A model generated the notes under the pieces. The model saw only the letters and a list, made by a program, of their open reading frames with translations. It was not told the DNA's origin and made no database searches. Positions 57,346 through 64,000 of a stretch of DNA of 64,000 bases are shown one piece after another. Origin of the DNA: Bacteroidota bacterium (GTDB taxonomy: Bacteria > Bacteroidota > Bacteroidia > NS11-12g > UBA9320); the NCBI GenBank assembly GCA_002746305.1, contig NVWV01000004.1, forward strand, positions 5,614 through 69,613, given 5' to 3'. Made by a program: the position numbers and the translations under genes. Position 1 is the first letter of the stretch. Every line of letters begins with the position of its first letter.

Positions 57346-57978
57346 CTATTTTATTCGGTATTTAATAAGACGTCTTTCAAGATAAGTACATTCTTTATTG
57401 ATGGTCCCAATGTATGCTGTCTGTAGACTAATTTCTCCTATGCCATCTGAAAAATAAGATTTACTATCCCAACATTGATTGCAAACTGTAAACGGTTTAC
57501 CATCTTCATAACAAAAGCGTGTTGTTTTTTCTATGGTATTAAAGGTGCCCGCACCAACAGTAACGGAACTGGATAAGTTTGTCATACTTGAAGTTGATTT
57601 AATCCCATATTGGGTAGTATTATCTGCTATTTGACTGATACTGTTAATATTCCAAATAATTACACCTTGATGGTCTACTATAAAACCCGAAGAATCTCGT
57701 AGTATTTTTATTTGGGGAGAGCCCAATTCTGTTCCTTTATATATGACATAGGTGTTCCCATTTAATAAAGTGTCTCCCGCTATGTAAATGCTATCTTGTA
57801 CTGGATGTGATGTTTCGATACCAAAGCTATCTATCTGATACCAATCATATACCCAATAACTATTTGGAGTTGTTACAAGACCAGCATTGGGGATTTTCAT
57901 AGTTGGTTGGTCGTCATCGTCTTTACAGGATTGAAGAGAAATTAGGACAAGAAGGGTAATTAAAATTGTGTTTTTCAT
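57346..57978 (-). CDS. Hypothetical lipoprotein
   Basis: Lipobox LQSC followed by KDDDD; SYWVY, GDT.LNG..Y, VTVGAGTF, Y..GIG motifs. Start set at ATG 57978. Confidence 0.65.
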   Translation of the reverse strand: MKNTILITLLVLISLQSCKDDDDQPTMKIPNAGLVTTPNSYWVYDWYQIDSFGIETSHPVQDSIYIAGDTLLNGNTYVIYKGTELGSPQIKILRDSSGFIVDHQGVIIWNINSISQIADNTTQYGIKSTSSMTNLSSSVTVGAGTFNTIEKTTRFCYEDGKPFTVCNQCWDSKSYFSDGIGEISLQTAYIGTINKECTYLERRLIKYRIK

Positions 57979-58072
57979 GATTATTAGGTTGGTTTTATGT
58001 TCAACCACTTTTGTAGGGTAAATATATTTCGCAAGTTTACCACCGTGTCTTTTGAGTTAACCAACGGTAAAT

Positions 58073-58110
58073 AAAAAGCCCAAATGAACTAAGTCATTTG
58101 GGCTTTTTTT
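58073..58110. terminator. Intrinsic terminator with symmetric A/T tails after the large T9SS gene
   Basis: AAAAAGCCCAAATGA-actaag-TCATTTGGGCTTTTT. Confidence 0.8.
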
Positions 58111-58129
58111 ATTTCAAGAATTCTATTGT

Positions 58130-61100
58130 TTATTCCTTTATAACTCTATGAGTGGCTTGTGCATTATTTATCTTAAATTGGATGAGATAAACGCCAGCAG
58201 GGTAGTCGGTTAGGTCCAGATTTCCTTCCAAAACAGAAGAGCCTTTGATTATGTTTTTTTGTAGGATGGATTTACCCGTTACATCAACTACCTGAATTTC
58301 CAATCTACCATAAAGTTGATTTTCTAAGGTATATGTAATTACTCCATTGGTAGGTACAGGATAGAGTTGAATTTCTGCTAATGCAGTCTCTTCTAATATC
58401 CCATTTACTACTTTTGGTACTTTTACATTGATGCTTATTGAGCTGTCTACATCTCCACATTCATTAGTAGCTGTTAGAACAATGACGTAGTCACCAGAAT
58501 CTTTATAAATATTGTAAGGATTTTCATTAGTAGATGTTTGTCCATCTCCAAAGTCCCAAGAATAACTTGTAGCAAGACTGGATTCATTTGTAAAAGCTAC
58601 AGAGTCTTTAAAATCTTTATAGCTAAATGCCGCAATTGGAAGAGGGTCAACCATTACCGTAATGTTGTCAAAGTCTTCACAGCCTTCTACACTCCTTATG
58701 ATCACGGTGTAAGTTGTTTCCTCTATGGGGTTTACAGATATTTCTTGAGTAGTCTCGTTATTTCCCCATTCATAGCTTGCTCCACCATAGGCGTTTATTT
58801 TGAGAGTTTCTCCCTCACATATAGTTGTGTCAGCATCAATTGACCCATTTGGGTTTAAGTATCTTGCCACTTCCACTGTATCATAAGATTCACAGCCATT
58901 GTCATTTCTAGCAATAAGACTCAACGTAACTGAGGTAAATATTTGGAAGGTTGAAGACTGCGTAAAATCTCCATTACTCCACAAGAACGAATCTGCCGTT
59001 CCTCCAGCAGTTACGGTAATGTTTTTTGTAAAACAAGCTCCAGTATCATTTAAAGGAATCAATACAGGAGATTGGTACGAAGTAACTAAAACTGAATCTG
59101 AGGCACTGCAACCAAAAGAGTTTAAGCCAGTGACAATAACATATGCTGTTTGGTCTATTGTATAATTGAAGTTAGAAGTTGCGGGGCCACCTATCCATTG
59201 ATAAGTATCCGCTCCACTTGCAGAAAGGGAGACGGTTTGACCACTGCATGCAGCCGTATCATTGGACACGTTAATATTTCCTTCACTAATGGTGACTGTT
59301 GTATTATAACTTCTAACACAGCCGTTACTACTGTCAATCAAGACATTATATAATGTAGTGGAGGCTGGAGTTACAGACCAGTCTGTATCCGTTGGTCCAT
59401 CAATCCATGAGTAGGAAGAGCCTCCGGACGCTTGAAGTGTGATTGATTGTCCCAGACATACAGTAGTATCTGGAGTTATTGTCCCCGTTGGAGATTTTTT
59501 TACAACGATAAGTACACTGTCAGAAGCAGTTAGATTACATCCAAAATCAGCAACAATTTTTATCATCGTATTTTCACTCAAGTCAAACAAAGAGTTTTGT
59601 TCTGTAGGTGTAAAAGCAGAACTAGCTGGCGACCAAGAAAATGACTTGCCTTTATCTGCTTGTAGATATACAAATTCACCTGGACAAACAGTGTCCTTGT
59701 TTGTAGATATATTTACCTCTCGGTATGTATCATAATGACCAAAGTTTAAACGAAGGAGTTCTGAAATAGGGAAACCTACACTTTCTAAAGCAGTCCATCC
59801 TGCAGCTCCACCAAAGAATGAAGTAGAGTCTGTAGCGTACTGGTCTGTATAACCAAGTGACATATTAGAGGAATTGGTTAATTGCTCAATAGCAACAAAA
59901 TATTCGCCAACAGCCAATGGAGTAAAACACTTGAGCGGAACAGTATACCAATTTTGCCCTGCGACATACTGAATACTTTGAGACGTTTCAATTATTGCTC
60001 CCGGTATTTGATTGAAATATCTTAGTACCACTCTTACAGAATCGCCAATAGTAGGGCCGGCGGAATAGAATGTTACAGATGTTACTGTGTCTGCATTTAT
60101 CAATTCAAACATTTGACCAATTTCACCTACGCCTGTATTAAAACCAATGCCATTAGTGGTAGAGGTAAGGTCTTCGCGAGCGAGTGTAGAGTCTGATATG
60201 GTCACTGATAAAGTGTCAAAATTATTGGTAGTAAGACTCTCTGTTTCCGATATGGTTACTTGAAAGTAAAACTCCTTCAAACCTGTCGTATTTGTGCCAA
60301 ATTTATCCGTAGTGGTATCAGTTTCTTCTACAAAAGGTTGTATGGAGTCTAGATCTATGATACTACTGTAGCCAGAGGATGTTATGTTCACTTCCGCATT
60401 TGTAATTTTATTCAAGCCTTCATTTTTTACTGATGCAGAGAATAGCAATGAATCAAATTGAAGTAATGGGGCTATCGGGTATTCTAAATCATTAATAGTG
60501 GCATTTAGTAGAATAGCATCTGCTAGATTAGGAGCAAATGTGTCAATTTGGAAATTGTCAAATGCCATATCACTTTGATAATTTGTTCCCATTACACCGC
60601 GTATTCTAATTTGAATACTGTCACTATTATAGTTTGCTAAGTTTACGGAGTCCAATATCCATGCAGAATCTTTTTCTCCTACCTGAGACCATACACTATT
60701 AGTCCAAACACCTGTTAATCCATTTCTAATATCTATGTTGAGGGATCCCATGCCACTACCTAACATATGATAGTTGAATTTTAATTGGTAATACTTTCCA
60801 GAAGCACTAAAATCAAAAAAAGGACTCAGCATATTTATTTCTGCTCCTCCGCAAGAGGTGGCATTTGTAGCTTCTGTATAGATATAAGTTCCTCCTATAG
60901 TTCCAGGATTAGCATCAGTTCCACTGCCTGATCCAGAGATGAGTCTTCCTGAGCCAGGTCCAGTTCCTAGTGATCCGGTTCCAGCGGAGTCTGCCCGCCA
61001 GTCTCCATTGTCAGAAGCATCTTGTGTCCAACCTGAAAAACCAGCCCCATTTGTCGTTGCATCACAACTTGCAGGAGTTGTTTGCCAAATGGAAGGGCTC

Positions 61101-61201
61101 TCAAAGTCTTCTACAAAAGGATAAGTAGATACTTGAGCTAGAGCCATAGAGGTAATAATAAAACAAATAAGAGAGCCAAAAATGCGTAAAGTTCTTTTCA
61201 T
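58130..61201 (-). CDS. Large T9SS-secreted protein: MAM-like domain, Ig-like repeats, PKD and CTD
   Basis: FESP..W...GTGP..Y.YTEA...LSP..F.YHM.G..MGSL (MAM-like); several DT..C.G....L.A.G...Y.W repeats; YSWDFGDG; LYPVPT...GVYL..RVIKE. Confidence 0.8.
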   Translation of the reverse strand: MKRTLRIFGSLICFIITSMALAQVSTYPFVEDFESPSIWQTTPASCDATTNGAGFSGWTQDASDNGDWRADSAGTGSLGTGPGSGRLISGSGSGTDANPGTIGGTYIYTEATNATSCGGAEINMLSPFFDFSASGKYYQLKFNYHMLGSGMGSLNIDIRNGLTGVWTNSVWSQVGEKDSAWILDSVNLANYNSDSIQIRIRGVMGTNYQSDMAFDNFQIDTFAPNLADAILLNATINDLEYPIAPLLQFDSLLFSASVKNEGLNKITNAEVNITSSGYSSIIDLDSIQPFVEETDTTTDKFGTNTTGLKEFYFQVTISETESLTTNNFDTLSVTISDSTLAREDLTSTTNGIGFNTGVGEIGQMFELINADTVTSVTFYSAGPTIGDSVRVVLRYFNQIPGAIIETSQSIQYVAGQNWYTVPLKCFTPLAVGEYFVAIEQLTNSSNMSLGYTDQYATDSTSFFGGAAGWTALESVGFPISELLRLNFGHYDTYREVNISTNKDTVCPGEFVYLQADKGKSFSWSPASSAFTPTEQNSLFDLSENTMIKIVADFGCNLTASDSVLIVVKKSPTGTITPDTTVCLGQSITLQASGGSSYSWIDGPTDTDWSVTPASTTLYNVLIDSSNGCVRSYNTTVTISEGNINVSNDTAACSGQTVSLSASGADTYQWIGGPATSNFNYTIDQTAYVIVTGLNSFGCSASDSVLVTSYQSPVLIPLNDTGACFTKNITVTAGGTADSFLWSNGDFTQSSTFQIFTSVTLSLIARNDNGCESYDTVEVARYLNPNGSIDADTTICEGETLKINAYGGASYEWGNNETTQEISVNPIEETTYTVIIRSVEGCEDFDNITVMVDPLPIAAFSYKDFKDSVAFTNESSLATSYSWDFGDGQTSTNENPYNIYKDSGDYVIVLTATNECGDVDSSISINVKVPKVVNGILEETALAEIQLYPVPTNGVITYTLENQLYGRLEIQVVDVTGKSILQKNIIKGSSVLEGNLDLTDYPAGVYLIQFKINNAQATHRVIKE

Positions 61202-61286
61202 AATTAAAGTTGACCTGTTAGGTGAGGTCTAAAATATCATTTTTATGGCATAAACGCAAGTTTTGAAAGTCAGTTAAATTTGCACC

Positions 61287-61796
61287 ATGAAGATTATGCG
61301 ATACATAGGGATTTTTATGCTTTTTATAGGTGCTGGCTTTTTTGGAATGTTACTGATGGTTCCAAGCGAGTTAGAGTATGTTGTGAATGAAGATATAAAT
61401 GTACCTGCTTCAGAGGTTTTTAAGGGGATTAATGACCCCGAGGACATGGTTAAGTGGATGACAGGGTTGAAGTCTGTGAAACAGGTTAAGGGAGATGGAC
61501 CAGGCGTGCATAGTGAATATGATTTGTTTTATCCCCAAGACATGATTATGCATCGAACAACGAATGTGTATGATTTGGATTCCAGAATAGTAAATAATGG
61601 AGAGGTCAAAGATTTCTTTAATAGGATTGACGATTATACAATTAAGGCTTTGGATAGTTCAAAAACCAGAATTTCTTGGAAGGTGAAAATGAAATCTTTG
61701 AATATGGGAAGTCGTATGATTCTAAAAGCTGAGGATACGCATAAAAATAATACTGCTGAAAATCTTACTGCTTTAAAAACCTATTTAGAGAAATAG
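61287..61796 (+). CDS. SRPBCC (START-like) family protein with N-terminal TM
   Basis: INVPASEVF..INDP..M.KW..G and T.ISW pattern. Confidence 0.65.
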   Translation: MKIMRYIGIFMLFIGAGFFGMLLMVPSELEYVVNEDINVPASEVFKGINDPEDMVKWMTGLKSVKQVKGDGPGVHSEYDLFYPQDMIMHRTTNVYDLDSRIVNNGEVKDFFNRIDDYTIKALDSSKTRISWKVKMKSLNMGSRMILKAEDTHKNNTAENLTALKTYLEK

Positions 61797-61798
61797 GT

Positions 61799-63886
61799 TT
61801 AGGCGATGTTTTCCCAAGCTTTATGTCCTTGTCTGCTAGACATAAAGTGTTTTAGGCTTTCGTGATTAGTGAGTTCAGGGTCAGTTTGCAATAATTCAAC
61901 AATTGCATTTCTGGCTTCTTCTGCAATGTCGGCATCATCACTCAATGAAGCTAGTTTTAGTTGGTCAAGGCCACTTTGTCGTGTCCCTGCAATATCTCCA
62001 AAACCTCGAAGTTGCATGTCTATTTCACTCAGTTCAAATCCACTTGTTGTACTTACCATGGCTTTCAATCTTGTCCTGCCATTTTCACTAAGCTTCTTGC
62101 TGCTTATTAGTATACAGTAACTCTGTTCTGCTCCCCTACCAACACGTCCCCTGAGTTGGTGGAGTTGAGATAGTCCAAATTTCTCGGAACTCTCTATAAC
62201 CATGATACTTGCATTGGGTACATTAATACCTACCTCAATTACTGTGGTACTCACTAAAATGTCTGTTTTTCCATCTGCGAAATCCTTCATCTTCGCTTCT
62301 TTATCTGCCGGCTTCATTTTTCCATGAAGCATTTCAACTTGATATTCTGGTCTCGGGAAAAACTGGAGAAGTTGATCGTATCCGTTATTTAAGTCTTTGT
62401 AATGTAGTGTCTCAGATTCTTCAATTAGCGGATATACAATGTATGCCTGTCTCCCTCGAGCCAACTCTTCTTTGACAAAGGCCCAAATCTTTTCTCTAGC
62501 AAATCCAAATCTATGAGCAGTTTTAATAGGTTTACGACCTGCGGGCATTTCGTCTATAACACTGTAGTCCAAATCCCCATAGACACTCATAGCTAGTGTT
62601 CTTGGAATTGGTGTTGCAGTCATCACTAGCACGTGTGGATTTATCTTACCCTTCTCTTGAAGTTTTGCCCGCTGAGCCACACCAAAACGATGTTGCTCAT
62701 CTATAATTGTTAAACCAAGATTCTTGAACTTAACAACGTCTTCAATTAAAGCATGTGTTCCGATTAATAGCTTAATCTCTCCATTTCGTAGTTTTTTATG
62801 AAGCTCTCGTCTTTCCTTGGTTTTTGAAGAACCTGTTAGAATCCCAATTTCAATCCCAATCTTATCAGCCATTTCTTTTAGTCCTATATAGTGTTGTATA
62901 GCTAAAATTTCTGTTGGAGCCATTAAACTGGCTTGGCAGTCATTGTCAATAGCCATTAATACACTTAGGAATGCTACTATAGTCTTACCACTGCCTACAT
63001 CTCCTTGCAGTAATCTGTTCATTTGCTTTCCAGTACATAGGTCTGTTTTTATTTCAGTAAGAACACGTTCTTGTGCTCCTGTTAATGCAAAAGGAAGATG
63101 TTTGGTTACAAATTTTTCAAATAAGGGATTCTTTACATTAAACTTGATTCCTTCCTCTGCTTCTCCTCGATTAATTTTTTGTTTGATAAAAGGGAGTTGC
63201 AAGAAGAATAATTCCTCAAACTTGAACCGATATTGTGCAGCGTCTATATGTCTGCTACTTGGCGGATGATGAATAAATCGAAACGCTTTACGACGAGGAA
63301 TTAGTTTGTGCTTCTCACACATCTCATCATCAAATATTTCTGGTATGTCCAGTTGCTCATTGCTAAGAATACTTTTCATCATTTGACGGATTGCCTTACT
63401 CTCAACCCGCCTATTTTTCATTTGTTCGGTGGTATGATATACAGCTTCTAGAGCTGCTGCATTTGTTCTGTTTATAACGGTATCCAATTCAGGATGAGTC
63501 ATGTTTACTTTTCCATTATAGAAACTAGGTTTTCCAAAGATGACTATTTCCTCTCCTATTTTAATGTTGCTCTTTATCCAATTGACGCTTTTAAACCAAA
63601 GTAACTCCAACTCACGTTCACCATCTGTAAATGTTGCTACTAGACGGCTTTTGTATCTTTGTCCGGCCTCACTAACGTGTACTATTTTGCCCTTTAACTG
63701 GATGTAACTAGAATCTTGTTCTATTTCAGAAATTTGGTAAAATTTGGATCGATCAACATAACGAAAAGGATAATAACTCAGTAAATCACCATAGGTGAAT
63801 ATTCCCAATTCCTTATTCAAAATTTCGGCACGAACACTTCCGACTCCTTTTAGAAATTTTATGTCAGACTTTAAAAATGTGTTCAA
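61799..63886 (-). CDS. recG: ATP-dependent DNA helicase RecG
   Basis: LKGVG, RLLQGDVGSGKT, DEQHRFGV.QR, MTATPIPRTL, GLSQLHQLRGRVGRG. Confidence 0.97.
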   Translation of the reverse strand: MNTFLKSDIKFLKGVGSVRAEILNKELGIFTYGDLLSYYPFRYVDRSKFYQISEIEQDSSYIQLKGKIVHVSEAGQRYKSRLVATFTDGERELELLWFKSVNWIKSNIKIGEEIVIFGKPSFYNGKVNMTHPELDTVINRTNAAALEAVYHTTEQMKNRRVESKAIRQMMKSILSNEQLDIPEIFDDEMCEKHKLIPRRKAFRFIHHPPSSRHIDAAQYRFKFEELFFLQLPFIKQKINRGEAEEGIKFNVKNPLFEKFVTKHLPFALTGAQERVLTEIKTDLCTGKQMNRLLQGDVGSGKTIVAFLSVLMAIDNDCQASLMAPTEILAIQHYIGLKEMADKIGIEIGILTGSSKTKERRELHKKLRNGEIKLLIGTHALIEDVVKFKNLGLTIIDEQHRFGVAQRAKLQEKGKINPHVLVMTATPIPRTLAMSVYGDLDYSVIDEMPAGRKPIKTAHRFGFAREKIWAFVKEELARGRQAYIVYPLIEESETLHYKDLNNGYDQLLQFFPRPEYQVEMLHGKMKPADKEAKMKDFADGKTDILVSTTVIEVGINVPNASIMVIESSEKFGLSQLHQLRGRVGRGAEQSYCILISSKKLSENGRTRLKAMVSTTSGFELSEIDMQLRGFGDIAGTRQSGLDQLKLASLSDDADIAEEARNAIVELLQTDPELTNHESLKHFMSSRQGHKAWENIA

Positions 63887-63999
63887 GAGTCGATATATTT
63901 ACTGATAAATGCACCCAATTCCATCATCCAAGCAATGCCAACATGAACAATGATACCACCTACGATTGACCTACTATAATAGGCAATGATCCCGAGGAG
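63883..63999 (-). CDS. C-terminal end of a CPBP/CAAX-protease-like membrane protein, truncated at the window edge
   Basis: Manual translation LLGIIAYYSRSIVGGIIVHVGIAWMMELGAFISKYIDS*; its TGA overlaps the recG TTG. Confidence 0.55.
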   Translation of the reverse strand, partial: LLGIIAYYSRSIVGGIIVHVGIAWMMELGAFISKYIDS

Positions 64000-64000
64000 A

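Noticed and set aside
1713-63269. Numerous 60-155-aa ORFs overlapping longer genes (e.g. 2176-2451, 7826-8191, 18118-18585, 31418-31876, 58538-59735, 62943-63269)
   Set aside because: They lie antisense or out of frame within well-supported genes and show no recognisable motifs.

Overview
64-kb AT-rich (about 36% GC by eye) chromosomal segment of a Bacteroidota bacterium, judged from TAnnTTTG -7 promoter boxes, T9SS C-terminal-domain proteins, fused SecDF and a GldL-like protein. It is mostly housekeeping: udk, secDF, PGI/PMI, rluD, flotillin-NfeD, aroBAC, topA, speA plus a DHS-like polyamine enzyme, uvrA, rlmF, lptD-amidase-MlaD, pyrD, sdhCAB, ribE, recG, and three secreted T9SS cargo proteins. 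I saw no rRNA, tRNA, CRISPR array, prophage or intact transposase. Best leads: (1) a stand-alone TrcP-like cytidine-deaminase domain lacking its pseudouridine-synthase partner, a candidate C-to-U RNA editor; (2) an exported dikinase-like protein with glucan-water-dikinase domain order, truncated at the left edge and missed by the ORF track; (3) an orphan APS reductase translationally coupled to an extended SDR behind uvrA, a candidate sulfite-consuming sulfosugar or sulfolipid module; (4) a T9SS cargo gene bracketed by 17-bp IS6-like inverted repeats facing outward; (5) uvrA, which needs a non-canonical ATT/ATC/ATA start; (6) periodic octamer/heptamer direct repeats and REP-like hairpins around a small gene. 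All family names come from motif recognition by eye, not from database searches.
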